Notes: generated from the letters alone by a model not told the origin. A stretch of DNA of 63,309 nt, filler included, from Phoronis australis (GCA_002633005.1; 6 parts of 6 records of this genome joined end to end with filler, not necessarily neighbours in it), one strand, 5' to 3'. Numbered from the whole stretch's first letter, positions 50,701 through 63,309 are shown. A program made the numbers and translations.

Positions 50701-51849
50701 GTACTAATCCTTAGGACATAGACACGTGCAGCACGTGCGATCTGGGTTGCCTCACGACTAGAAAAATCTAACCAAAATTACGTGTCCATATTTTGAAATA
50801 CACAGCAACATCTCACGTAATCTCGTGAAGTCTTGCCTTTTAACAAGGCCTTGGCATTACTGAACTCTGCTCTGTTGAAGAATAGAACAAAACGATGAAC
50901 TGCAGCCATTCACAAGTGATAAGTATAAACGGACCAATTCACTTAGCCACTTTTACCTTTTGTCCAATCCATTCATTTTCAGCGTCGTTTAACGGTGTAG
51001 CCAAGTGACCTCCAAATATTTGGCAATGCTGCTGTGCTGTGGCGTAATCGACCCCTGGACTGTCTTTAAACACATACTGGAATTCATTGTGATCCAGGAT
51101 ACGGGCTGCAAATATTCAATTTTGGTTTAAGCAGGTCTCGATTTCTCACCGGCCATTTTTCACCTTCTGCTATCGGAGTGTGTATACAGATCGACTTGTC
51201 GAGTTAAACAGTGGAATACGACTTCTCCATTGGTTAATTAAAACAGGTCAGGTTTCATTCAGATTTTCGAGAAACCAAGGAGACTGATGGCCTACTATTG
51301 GCCGTTATTAGGACACCTAGTAATGAAATGATGTGAATGGATTACACGACCGACAAACAGCACCCTCACAGGGTGACCCGTGAATTCCCTAATTCAGCAT
51401 CGCCACACCGCTCCCGGAATAGCATCACTTCTTCACGATGAGTGTGTACAGCTCGACTTTTCGAGCTAAACCGCCTTATACGACTTGTCCATTGATTAAA
51501 TAGAATAGGTTACATTTCATTCGTATTTTCGAGAGATTAAGGAGGCAGCTGGCTTAGCGGGAAAAGTCTCCGTTTCATTTGCTCAAGGGCGTGGGGTTGA
51601 GTCTCACTTAGGCACACTGCTAGACCCTAGAGTCAGGTATACAGCTCCTCATCTCGGCTTAACTATAAATTAATAAAGCATAAAAATGGTTCCAAGTGAT
51701 CAGTGCAGTGAACCCACCTGCGCGGCCTGAGAAACGTGTACCACACCGCCTATTTTTTAATGAAATGGTGTGGATGGATAACATGACCAATCACAAGTAC
51801 CCGCATAGGAGCGACCCGAGAATTCTATCAATCAGCAACGCCACAGCAC

Positions 51850-52325
51850 TGTGAATAGTTGTCCAAAGGTCGTATACGGTAAATCGAAATTTGTAAATAG
51901 TGTTCAAAAGTCGTATACATACACGATTTATCAAAATATGTAGATAGCGGTCCAAAAGTCATGGTGGTCCAAAAGTCATAAGTTATTTATTAAAATCTGT
52001 GAATAGCGGTAAAAAGTCGTGTACAATCAATCAAAATATGTAGATTGTGGTCCAAATGTCGTATACGATTAATCATAATATGCAGATAGCGGTTCTAACG
52101 TCGTGCGCGATTAATCAAAATATGTAGATAGTGGTCCAAGTCTTATACGATTTATTAAAATCCGTAAATAGTGGTCCTAAAGACGTAAAAGATAAATTAA
52201 AATCTGTAGATTGTGGTCCCAAGGTCGTACGCGATTTTTCAAAATATGTAGACAGCGATTCAAAAGTTGTATACTATTTATAAAAACATGTAGATACAGT
52301 GTAGTAGTATGCGATTAATCAAAAC
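51850..52325. repeat. Diverged satellite of about 40-bp units, about 12 copies
   Basis: Units resembling ATGTAGATAGCGGTCCAAAAGTCGTATACGATTAATCAAAAT; ends at the N at 52326. Confidence 0.85.
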
Positions 52326-53572
52326 NCCATATATTTTACAAAACCTGGTCAGTCATTACAGGTTTTTTCCTATCATTTTGAATATTGGGTTTCATGAATT
52401 ATAATGTCATTCTCGGTGACAAAGGTAGTCAGTTACCAATGCCGGAGTAAGCAATTGCAGCACCTGTAGCATAAGTCAAAGCGTAGGGTCCCTACTGAAA
52501 TGCTCATACAACGGTTATCTCAACGCAAAAACAAAATGGGCGTAATTTTCACTTTTGAGAAGGAAAACTTTTGATGAGACAGTTTGTCCACTGGGGAACA
52601 CTAGCTTTCTGTAAAATTGGACGATTTCAGAATAATTCACACGCCGCTAATCGGAGGCCCCGCGATTGTGCCAAAAATGCTACCTTTGTCAGATATACTC
52701 ATTTTATGAGTCTACACTTTTTGGGGTCTGTAGTTTTTTATGTGCAAGCTTTGAAGCTTAAGAGGCATTATCTGAGAAAACCTGCAAAATTGCAAAATGG
52801 CGAAGGCACTTTCATCAATTAAGTTGATACTTTGCACACCAAGTTGTACTCACATATGAATAATTAAACCACGTCTGTTTTTTTATCTGGAGTCACTCTA
52901 TATAAAAAATAATAAATACCTTCCGTCGTGTTTTTTTCACACACAGGACAAGAATGTCCAAAAAGACAAAAAGAATGCCAACACTCATAGAGCTGGAAGC
53001 CAGTTTGTGACTTTGAATGATCATAATTAGTGGAATTGAAGCCATTGCTGTGCTTGAGAATTGATTCCGTTGAGCATCTGTGCGAATTTGTATTTCATCT
53101 CGACTTTTTGTTTACGCACTAAAATTGACCGAACGTCACTTCAGTTAGGCCTTGGTTAGGCTTAGTAAATCCTGAACTTTTCCGATAGTAGAAGTCCGAT
53201 TATAAAAAGGTGGTTCCAAATTATATTTAAAAAATGGTGTCTTAGTACAGAAAAAACTTTATTACTCACCGTAATACTATTTGAACTTTGCTATAATTAA
53301 TCCTTTTTTGACAATCCGACTTTATTCGGAGGCACTTTCGCATAATTGCCTTGGCAATTATCAGCGAAGGTCGATGTCACGTGACATACCGAAACTCATC
53401 AAATTGCGTATTTTAACAGAAATAGAGCATAAAATCACAATTTGTCTCTGTATCATTCCTCATAATGAATTATTTGTAGAATAAAGTTATATTTGAATAA
53501 AATACAAAGAGTTTAACTGAACTTACAACAAGAATTCTAGTTTTGAGAGTACAAGGGAAGGAAGACACAAGA

Positions 53573-55270
53573 ATGGCGACCCTTGTGGGCACGCGTTGTT
53601 TATTCTCTACAAAATCCACTGTAAATTGTTCTGAAGTCGGAGGTGAAAAGAATCTGACGATTGTTATGAGCTGTGACAGAGATGTTTCCAAATATCTGCG
53701 GTACATAAACATATCGGAGGACGTAACGGAGTGGAAACTTCTGTTGAACAGAGCCGGATTTGACGAAGGCTCGACTGATGAACTGACTGTGTGTCCCCTT
53801 CATAGGAACAAGTTTGGTGTAGAGTTCTTCCCATCTAAACTCTGTGCTTACCCAGATCATTGAGGGAAGAAGAAGAGGCGTCCTAAAGCTCCACGAGATT
53901 GACGCACAATGAATTTAGCTATGTTGGAGGAGATAAGAACTGAGAGAAATGTGATCATGCCCATTGGATCAGGTATGCATTGTTTAATTCTGCCTTCTAA
54001 ATTAACATGATAACCAATTACTGCTGAACAACAAGCATCATTTTTGGTAGTCACTAGTTTGCATTTATTTTTTGTTAAGGCAAGTGTCTTTTCTTATAGT
54101 ACATTTAAGAAAAGGACCTGTGTATTACCACAGGCGACCTCAGCTTCTGATGGTCCCCAATACACTACATATAATACTGCAAGGTATGACACTCGGGACT
54201 AGAAATTTCTCGGGTGCTTCGATTCAGCCATCCATATAAAACACATAACTCAATAAATTTACACAAAACCGGGGTTCAACAAACCATGAGCAATCGTTCT
54301 TTCTTACAGTAACATTCACGGTGTCTTGCTATACAGCAAGTTCGCTAGAAATCCGCAGTCAAAGCAGAAAATGTTCCTAAAAAGTCCAAACACACGTCAA
54401 ACTTTGACAGTTTGAGAAATTGCCGGTTTGTCGCGTTAAGTCACGATGTACAATTAGTCGTCCATCCGTAACTCATCGATAATTTCGTTTTCATGGATGC
54501 ACCTAAAGTCAATGTCAGGACTTCAGAGCGCAGATATGAAACCTGGTTCCTGATACTGAACTTAGGTAATCACGAATGGAGCATCTGCAGTGCGTGTGTG
54601 TAGTTGAGAAATCAAGTGCAAGAAAGTTTTCTAAATGTCAATTCATACCACCGGATGAACCGTAATCTCCCTCCTGTTGTGGTGTTTTACCCCAATTTTT
54701 TCAGATGATTACAAGCAAATGGCTGAGGAAGTATTTGGATTTTCAACATTAGAGGAAGGTTGGGCATTGAAATCGGTCACAAAAGCCCCAAGAATGTCCG
54801 AAGGTGTGAGGGATTTCCTTACAAATATGTTTAACGATGGCGAGAAAAGTGGCCAAAAAGTAGACCCAGGGCAGTGTGTTCAGTTCATCAGATCGAAGTT
54901 TCCTTCCAATGAGTGGCGTACAGCCAAACAGAAATCTAACTTTTTTTCACGACTTGCACTTCAAATAAAACGCAAAGCAGTTTTTGAAGATGAAGACGAA
55001 GATGATGTTGCAAATGGTAGACTTATCTGAGAGGAGGAAATTAGGAACGCAGTATTTCGTGAAGTCGGGGTAATGCACCCCATTATGTATGGAGGAGAAA
55101 ACTTGTGTGAGATGGTGAGGGACAAAAAGTTGAGCAATCTGAAAGTTGTGAATTTGAAAGAAATATCTAAGCTGCTGAACATAGACATTAAGCTATGTAA
55201 GCGTAAATCTGAATTTTTGAATACTGTTACAGGTTACTTAAATATGTGCGCTTGCCATGATGATGTCTAG
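53573..55270 (+). pseudogene. Internally deleted DNA-transposase pseudogene (Sola3-like, tentative)
   Basis: N-terminal block 53573-53972 (EWKLLLNRAG, VCPLHRNKFG, CAYPDH, MPIGSG) and C-terminal block 54705-55270 (GWALK, GEKSGQKVDP, NFFSRL, HPIMY..NLCE, CAC). Three in-frame TGA stops; no catalytic core visible. Confidence 0.6.
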
Positions 55271-55891
55271 AATGGATTTTTTAAAGGATATATGTGTTCA
55301 CCCCTTCATCAGCAGGTGCTAACCGAGGTTGGGGGTGTGAGTAGGCATTGTGATGTTTGTAGGAATGGGAAATTGGTGGTCACCTATGCCATTGTATTTC
55401 CAAGCTACTTGATTAGGACTCAAACCTATTGAAATATATTCCAGTTGCAATGCTTAGTCTCATCACATTGGCTTACTTCTGTTATTGAAACCTTGAAAGA
55501 GTCGATGTCTTTCTGAGAGTTTTATGGTTTTCTATAAATGCCGAAAGGTGTAAACTGCTGGTGATACGAGTGGAGTGATTTTACATGATTTAGGGTGTGC
55601 CACTCTTGAACGCTTCCAGTCGGTGGAACCAGTATTGGTGCATTTTCTACCTACTTTACCATTGCCTTGAAAAGTCTTGTTGCATAATATTAGTCTCGTT
55701 TATTCTTTACTGTTGGATTACACAAGATAAGGTTATTTTATGGAGTTTTGATTGATTTACATAGACTTCTGTGCGCCTTTCGTTTAGACTTCCTGTGTGT
55801 TGGAAATGATTTGCTTTAGTTTGTTTTTTGGATTTTGATCCAAATTTTGTTTCACACAGTACATATAGTTTTCTATGTAACATTGAGCAGA

Positions 55892-55991
55892 NNNNNNNNN
55901 NNNNNNNNNNNNNNNNNNNNNNNNNNNNNNNNNNNTTAATTAATTAANNNNNNNNNNNNNNNNNNNNNNNNNNNNNNNNNNNNNNNNNNNN
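55892..55991. other. Assembly gap linker
   Basis: 44 N + TTAATTAATTAA + 44 N. Confidence 0.97.
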
Positions 55992-57977
55992 TGAAAAACA
56001 TTAGTCTTTCTCCAGTATGCTTGAGCCATTCAGAATATTTGAGCCTGCACGGTGGTTGGTATGAAAATATGAAAATCTTTTGACATCAACTTATTAGCGA
56101 TGTTGAATTTGGACCAAATTTTAGTTGTGAAAGATTGCATGGAAGGAAAATTTGACGTGTAATTATTTTAGAGAATTATTGAAGATAAAAGTTTCAGTAC
56201 TCCATCAACAGGGGGCGTAGTGGTAGATCATAAGCAGCCTCAATTAGATTGATTTATTGATTCACTAAAATACATTAAATACACTAACAGTACAATTCAA
56301 CGCAAAACGACACAAAAATACCCACAGGATCATCTCTTTGTGCTTGAACTTATTTAGTGCCATTTTCCGTTCTATTTTTGTGTCAACTCCAGGTAGTTGT
56401 CATTTATTCTGTTCATGAGTATTGTTTGCACTCGGTTACCTCGGCATTAGAGGTTTAGGCTCAAAATCTCTAATTTTTCCTCAAAAACTTGATTCTAAAG
56501 GTCATCAACTGCAAACTTGAACCTAATACTCGACTGTACTATACTTGAGCACAGAATAATTAGTAACCATCTTGGGATATGGAAAAAAGTAGAACGGAAA
56601 TGACAAAAAGTATAATTTTGAGTGCAAAGGTCAGACTCCAAGCCCAGAAAGCCAAAAAGATAAAGAGAAAGCTAAAAGGACAATAAAAATTTACTGGTGA
56701 ATTAAAGACGAACTTACAACAGGATTTACTTTAATCTTGGTGAGTCTGTGCACAGTAAATTCAGCACCATCACGTTTCCCCCTGGATAGTTGGGTGTTGT
56801 CACTGACAGTCCACTTACTGTCACTGCCAGAATGAATATTTCACAGTCAGTTTCAGAAATTGTCCGACTATATCTTCTTGACTAACTCGCTCACCATTTC
56901 GGAGCCTTGATAGCTTAATGACTCGTTGATTGACGTTCACTCACTCATGTCATGGTTTCAAGTTTTGCCCATTCGTGAATATATTGCAACCTTCTGTAAT
57001 CTACCCAATCATTCTGTCATGGGGTTGTACACATTTAGAATATTCCAGGCTTCTGGAATCTTCCAGGCTGCTAAAATGCTCCATATCGTAATTCTATGAG
57101 TCACTAACTAGAATTTTCTTTAGGCATGCAGGACCGTATCCACAATTCTATGTATTAAGCTCACCATCTGCAAAGTATACTTGGTTTTGCAAATCGGTGA
57201 AAGTATATATAAAATGAAAGAAGATAGCTTGCAAAATAGGATTTGTCACTATACTGATATGCCATTAATTAGATCACATGACTATTACTTAGTATTCACA
57301 AAAACAGAAAAGGCTCGTTCACAGCAAAACAACGGTATCTATAACATGATGAAATTCTCCTAAATATAAACTTCGCAGACGAAATCTCAAAAATGATGTT
57401 ACATTTTTCTAAGTTATTATTTAGTTTTCATTTCATGCATCGTTTGAGTTCTTCATAAAAATCCTAAAATTTATATTTTTTATAGCCTCTCATGCAAAAG
57501 TGGAAAATTTGTAAAACAACTCCTAAAGCTTTTTGTACAACAATTATGAAGCATGCATGGTATGTAAAAATTTCATATCAATCCAATCAGCCATTTCTGA
57601 GATATGACATACCAAAGTTAGTCAATTTAATAGATTTTCAAGAGTCCTAGATGACTTGAATTACTCCAATATGTTCTATTATAGACATTTCATAAGCACC
57701 GGCCTAGTTGAGTTGTGTCAGTTTTCTGGTACATGTACTTGTAAAACAAGCAAATCAAACTTAACTAGTTCTACTGTCAGTCTACTCTCCTGACAAATAC
57801 CTAAAATATTTAAGCAATAAACAGATAAATAAATGCGTGAATACATGAACAAACAATTTTAAAACAGGTACATCTACAAAACCGCATTACAGTAACATTA
57901 TAGAGTTTAGTCATTCATTAGTCTGGTGAATTCTACAGTGCAGTTCTATCAAACGGTATTGTCAAGTAATGACAAGC

Positions 57978-58880
57978 TCATGCCTGGCCTTGGTCAACGT
58001 TTTGTGGTTCTGGATGGACTTGACGCTGCCTCCAAAAACACAACACCTTTATGTAACCTGTTTTGAACTCTTCACATCGCAACCCATAGATAAAACTGTT
58101 CAGGCACGAGTTTCCGAGTCCAAGCCATTTAACTGTGACGGAAATAAGGCGTGAATGAGGAGCAATTAACTTTGTAACAAAAAACGGGAACCAGCAAACA
58201 AAGAATACTGATGTCAACAAAGCAAGTGTATTGATGGCTTTCTTTTTGTTGTGGTTGAGTCCGGTGTTTGATGTTCTGATTTTAAGGTATATTTTCATGT
58301 AACAGAAAGAGATCAATAACAGAGGAATTACAAATCCAATGAGAAACAAAACGATAGTTCCAATTCCACTAAATTTGTTTTTCCCTAAAAGACATTTATT
58401 TCGTTTCCCAAGCTGTAAAGTAATTAGAATTATTAAAATGCAAATTGCTACAACCAATACCATGCCGACAACTTTTGTTTTTGTGAAGATGGCTTTGTAT
58501 CGATGGCTTAGGCACACTTTGATGAAGCGGTTTATGGCAATCAACACCATGTCGTAGACGGACAGTCCGCAACAGAACCAGTTTATGACAGTTAGAAGAG
58601 TACAGATGCTGGGCTGATCGCTGAATAGGGTAGTATTCCCCAGCCAGGCGTTAACCATATACATCGGCATGACCCACACCACAACCAACAGATCGGCAAG
58701 AGCAAGAACTACGATGAAAATGTTTCCCGGGTTGTGCTTCACATGTTGCTGACTCAGTATGACACTGATTATGAGGATGTTGCCTACAAGTCCTGGAAGT
58801 ATAAAAAATGGGGGCACATACTTTTCGAGCGTTATTGACAACTCAAATGCAAATGAGTGTTCATCAGCTGTTGTATTCAT
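57978..58880 (-). CDS. Intronless class A (rhodopsin-like) GPCR, melatonin-receptor-like
   Basis: 300-aa ORF with 7 hydrophobic segments. Motifs: TM1 GN, TM2 LALADL, TM3 AINRF, TM5 IP..CY, TM6 CWFP, TM7 NSCLNSFIYG. Confidence 0.93.
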   Translation of the reverse strand: MNTTADEHSFAFELSITLEKYVPPFFILPGLVGNILIISVILSQQHVKHNPGNIFIVVLALADLLVVVWVMPMYMVNAWLGNTTLFSDQPSICTLLTVINWFCCGLSVYDMVLIAINRFIKVCLSHRYKAIFTKTKVVGMVLVVAICILIILITLQLGKRNKCLLGKNKFSGIGTIVLFLIGFVIPLLLISFCYMKIYLKIRTSNTGLNHNKKKAINTLALLTSVFFVCWFPFFVTKLIAPHSRLISVTVKWLGLGNSCLNSFIYGLRCEEFKTGYIKVLCFWRQRQVHPEPQNVDQGQA

Positions 58881-60217
58881 CCCTTCTTATCTTGAAGTAC
58901 AGTTGAGTAATGTCCGCCGATCACAACTTTACGAACGCTCAAAGTGAAAATCACAACTCATCTGAAGCTGCTAAGCATGCTGGAACTAAAACTCCACATC
59001 CAGTTTGGTCATGACTTGAGTATACCTGGTTCCCAGTGTTTGATATGGTCATTGACATGTAGAAATTGTATGACCACGAATGCATTGACTTGACAGAGAA
59101 TCACTGTCAGACGTCTTGCCTCTGGTCTGATCAAGTCTTCTTTTCTTGATGACTTATGATTCAAAGCATAAATATGACTACAATTAAGTCATTACATCTC
59201 AAGTTGTTTTTGCTGCTAATTCTTGACCATTATTGGTCCTTCATGGCATGTTGTTTTTAATCTAGCGGTCATTGCCGTTATGGTATTGTCCAATCCTAGC
59301 TGTACATTATTACTGATCAACTTAGAAGTTGCGGAGGCGCCACACAAGAAAATGCGACAAAATTTACTACTCTTAAAAAATTTAACGACAAAGTTTAAAA
59401 AATATCTGCAAACACACCCTACCCAGAATAAACTTTTTTGTCAACCTGAATAGCGTTTCATCTAAACACTTCAGCCTAAATGTTACAGCAATCCTTTTTA
59501 CTAATTAAAACAGATAACTAAAATGCTCTTCACTTTAGCGCAGTATGGCCAACAAGTGAAATTTTATTTTGTCAAGTGCTCAGCAAAAGCTAGCATGAAG
59601 AGAAATGAACAACATTACTAGCATTGATTGCACCGTACAGTTGCCAATTTAAGACATAGAAAATTTTTTTTCACCCTTAATACTGTAGTTCAGCCTTTGA
59701 AAATAGAGGAATGGTTATTTTGGCAATAGTTTTTGTGTGAAATTGGAAAGCGTCTTATTTACCGTAGAGCAAAATTTCTTTTGATGCTTCCTGTTTTAGA
59801 TAGCACATAATTGGAAGAGTAAAAATTTTCAAACAAAAAATTCTCCAATTTGAGAATCTCCAAAATGACACTAAAATCTGAGCAACATTTGAATTTTCAA
59901 GATAATGAATTACAGATGCAATATTTGCATTTTTATATTTCTCAAATTCCAAACGCAGATCATGTTTTTACATAAAAAGGTCAGAAAATAGGCTTGGAAG
60001 TTCATAAAGAGCAGAGCTGATCACTCACATGTACGTAGGTAAAAACTACAGCCAGTATCTTTAAGATTGGGATGGTTAATACAGTAAATTTATCAAGCAA
60101 ACTAATTCTTTTTTCTCTGTCCTAAACTAAAGATTTTTTACCACAAATAATGTTTTTTTTCGAATTAAGAATAGGTAGGCCTATTTACAAGTGAATGTTT
60201 GGAAATGGGATAGCTTT

Positions 60218-60649
60218 TCAAATTTGCTTTTGTTTGTGATGGACTTTAATTTTTGCCAAATGAGATTGTGGTGACAACACATATGCATTTCTTTGAGCAC
60301 TGTTAAATGGAACTGACAGTGACAATCTCCTTAATTTTCTAGTAGGTTCAACATCATTTCCTTCATCAGCTTGGTCTTTTTCTTTTTTAATAGCTGTTTT
60401 AATATTTGATACATCCATTAAGTGTCTCTAATACTGATTGTGACAGAATAGCTCTGTTTTTTCACGAAAACTTAAAAACTGCTCAGCAATAATACTTTTC
60501 TTGCCCTCAATGTTGATCCATTTGTTTGCCTTAGACCACATAATAACTGAAAATTCCTGGATCTCAGAATTTTGAGCAGAATCTGAGACGTGAATGCAAC
60601 AAGGACCAAACATCTTGCCAGTCTCTTGTGAAGTCGCACACTCATTCAA
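60218..60649 (-). pseudogene. Possible decayed transposon ORF N-terminus
   Basis: Two in-frame ORFs separated by one TAG. The pattern CCIH...W..A.KW....IA...CH..Y resembles N-termini of large invertebrate DNA-transposon proteins (recalled, unverified). Confidence 0.3.
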
Positions 60650-61377
60650 TAATTCACGGTTTCAGCTGGCCCAAAACTGCTGTTTGTGGAAGCACAAAAT
60701 GATTCATGAACATGCCAAGAATTGTATGTATGTCAGTATGAAGACACTTGCCACTTGACTTGGTTTTCCTCAATTCCAATTTGCTGCCTGCTGGTTTATG
60801 AACCTTGACCCTTGCGAATTGCCAACTAATTGCACGCCCATCCAAGAATTAAGGCTTTTCAATGTAGATAGTAGCCAGTCATCATATATTGATCTGGTCT
60901 TTTGTACCTGGCCTCCCCGGTGTCTTGATTAATGATCATGCAGATTACCTCGCTGGCTCATGCACCACCAACCAACCTCTCTACTTATATTCGGCTGATG
61001 TTAAGCTGCTGGCCCACAAACGCACCCTCGAGCAGACTTCGTCCTAACTGGCTGAGTTCTATGATGGTAGCCGACTGCTCGAAGCCGGTATTATTTATGG
61101 CCATGCTGCTAAGAGTTACAAGAAGAGCCGTGCCCGAGTGTTGTCAAATCAGATGCTTACAGGCAACGTCAGCCCTGGAGTTCTGTTCCTTCTGCTGTCA
61201 CGGGGATGGTATGGGGAGGGGATTAATGCACCAGCATATCCCCAGTGATCCTGTACGTGACAGGTATTACAGGTATTATATATAGACAGTAGCTGTAAAC
61301 AAGTTTGCCAAGCCAACAGGATAACATCACTAAAAAATTATCAGTTGGCTGTTCTCTGATGAATGCTTTCATGATGC

Positions 61378-61600
61378 CATAGACTATAGTACGTCATGAA
61401 CCGCCATGCCGGTATACTTTTAATGGACGAAATCTGTGCTGTTTCGCACAAGCTGTTACATCATTACTCACTAGCATCACCTGGCCAAATTATCTGGTGT
61501 TGTTTCCAGCAAGTACGTCGTCTGCTAATCATGGTCGGTTGCTGTGTGGCTGGCTGTTCGGCCACACAGACGAAATGCAAAGGCATTCAAACGAACGTTA
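61378..61600 (+). mobile_element. Possible P-like element left end with THAP relic
   Basis: CATAGACT terminus-like sequence at 61378; MVGCCVAGCSA starting at 61531. Confidence 0.3.
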
Positions 61601-61865
61601 ATGACAAAATCAAAATTCTTCAACTGGTTTTGTTAAGTCCTATACCACTTTTAGGGTACATGATGAACCAATCTTACTCGTAATGTAACAAAAGGGTCCC
61701 CTTCGTAAAGGATACTAAGTATAATTGTCCTTCTGAAATATTATGTGAAATGTCAAATCAGATCAATTAGTGATTTGGAAGTCCAGTTTTCCATGATAGC
61801 AAGTAACAGCATATGTTCACGAAAACAACAACGGTTTTAAAACTTGACATGTTTCGGTGTCATTT

Positions 61866-61965
61866 NNNNNNNNNNNNNNNNNNNNNNNNNNNNNNNNNNN
61901 NNNNNNNNNTTAATTAATTAANNNNNNNNNNNNNNNNNNNNNNNNNNNNNNNNNNNNNNNNNNNN
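61866..61965. other. Assembly gap linker
   Basis: 44 N + TTAATTAATTAA + 44 N. Confidence 0.97.
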
Positions 61966-62023
61966 GGATATGGTGGTGAACCCGCCTCAGCCTCAGGAGC
62001 CCTCCTATAATGAGTTCACTAAC
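61966..62023 (+). CDS. GPT: Alanine aminotransferase exon (5' end lies in the gap)
   Basis: DMVVNPPQPQEPSYNEFTN|GTAAGT. Confidence 0.9.
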
Positions 62024-62412
62024 GTAAGTCAGCTTCTGTTGAATGACTGGTGGATAGTTGGGTTGGGTGTGCTCTGGCCATATTTGGGCAAAAGCACTAT
62101 GGCGTCCTTATATAGGAAGTTCATACCTCACACTGTTCAAGATATTCAAATTGGACACTGAGAATCTTCTGACATGCATTCTGAATGATCCTGAACATGT
62201 TTGTAGATCGTGGACAGTGCGAGGACAGAATATAATAGACTTATAGTTAAACTTAAATAAATGTGGAAGTGCACCACCTTGGTCTCACATTGGTTTGAGG
62301 TTATTGTCTAGAATACAGGTTTATTTACCCTTGTGTTACTGACCTATCATGTCTCACACCTGCATGACCTTTTACTTGTGACCTTGAACCTTACATCATG
62401 CTGGTGCTTGTA

Positions 62413-62450
62413 CCTTTGAGAATGAGGACTGCACCTCGAAACATGTCAGG
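62413..62450 (+). ncRNA. Candidate minimal hammerhead ribozyme variant in a Penelope-like 3' end
   Basis: CCT-TTGAGAAT-GAGG-ACTGCA-CCTC-GAAA-CATG-TC-AGG. Confidence 0.45.
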
Positions 62451-62659
62451 AATATGAAGTTGTGTACTATTTGGCTACTTATTAAATGTTTGACTGTGAT
62501 TCTGCTGAACTGGTCTTTTGGAAATATTCCTTAGTGATTTGAGATTCACTTAGAGTCTATGCTGAACGAAACCTGTACGAGAATTTTTGAATGTAATTAT
62601 AGTGCTGGTCAATTTAAATACTGCAAGAAGTCATTGTGTATGTTCTCTGTTTATGTCAG

Positions 62660-62815
62660 GAAAAGAACTTCATCCTTGCTGAACTGAAGAAGAAGGCGAG
62701 CTTGGTTACCAAGACCTTTAACTCTATAGATGGCGTGACATGTAATGAAGTACAAGGGGCCATGTATGCCTTCCCCAAGATTGATATACCAAAGAAGGCC
62801 ATAGAACATGCAGAG
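62660..62815 (+). CDS. GPT: Alanine aminotransferase exon
   Basis: TGTCAG|GAA...GAG|GTACT; EKNFILAELKKKA...CNEVQGAMYAFPKIDIPKKAIEHAE. Confidence 0.95.
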
Positions 62816-63165
62816 GTACTTGCTGGTGAAAAACCATTGAATGGCAAATTGACACAGATGGACAGTCACAAATTTGAAATATTTCAACGATGATAAAAAG
62901 TATGAAAGGGCTCCTGTCATGACGATTGATAGCAGGCGATTTTCACGGTCAAATGGACCTTCTGTAATGATTGAAAAATGGCTACGAAGTTCCCGAAAAG
63001 CCAGCAAAGTGAAAACACAATTTTATAGCCAGACATTTCTTGAAATAGAAAGTCTTTCACCCACCATTTTTGCTGTTAGGAAAAGAGGTACATGACATGG
63101 AAACGGAAGTTTTGTTTGACTACAAAGTAACGGTTTTAGGTGACAGGTCACGGAATACTGGCGTG

Positions 63166-63305
63166 CGTTCAGTAACGCTAGGACCTACGCTAGGATCTAG
63201 CTAAAATTTAGCCAAAGTCACCTGACTTTATTTAAAATACACGGCAATATCTCACGTAATCTCGCGAAGTCTTGCTTTTTAGCGAGGTCCTAGCGTTACT
63301 GAACG
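63166..63305. mobile_element. Copy of the 140-bp MITE family
   Basis: Perfect TIR CGTTCAGTAACGCTAGGACCT / AGGTCCTAGCGTTACTGAACG. Confidence 0.85.
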
Positions 63306-63309
63306 AGAG

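Noticed and set aside
51850-52325. 40-bp array as CRISPR
   Set aside because: Whole units are homologous and diverged; there are no unique spacers.
53861-55030. In-frame TGAs as selenocysteine or readthrough
   Set aside because: Transposon-like context, positions suit Arg, and no SECIS was recognised.

Overview
AT-rich animal genomic DNA, probably from a marine invertebrate (inference), with GT-AG introns, many repeats and five artificial 100-bp gap linkers (44 N + TTAATTAATTAA + 44 N). It is not prokaryotic, and most ORFs in the track are spurious. Five genes were reconstructed by hand. (1) A 3-exon TMEM101-like gene (-, 9972-13211). (2) Head-to-head with it, a 16-exon gene of about 870 aa (+, 13597-33820). 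It encodes a signal peptide, a GH18 chitinase-like domain lacking the whole DxDxE catalytic motif, six Sushi/CCP-like modules alternating 6 and 4 cysteines, and a GPI-like hydrophobic tail. This is the most unusual object in the window. (3) Six internal exons of TRAPPC8 (-). (4) An intronless melatonin-receptor-like class A GPCR (-, 57978-58880). (5) Two exons of alanine aminotransferase (+). Mobile DNA includes a decayed CR1-group LINE, a 2.4-kb long-TIR element with an 8-bp TSD, several MITE families, Penelope remnants (one with a candidate minimal hammerhead ribozyme) and a Sola3-like transposase pseudogene. A 1.85-kb tandem duplication inside the GH18 gene is probably an assembly artefact. 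All family assignments come from recalled motifs, not database searches.
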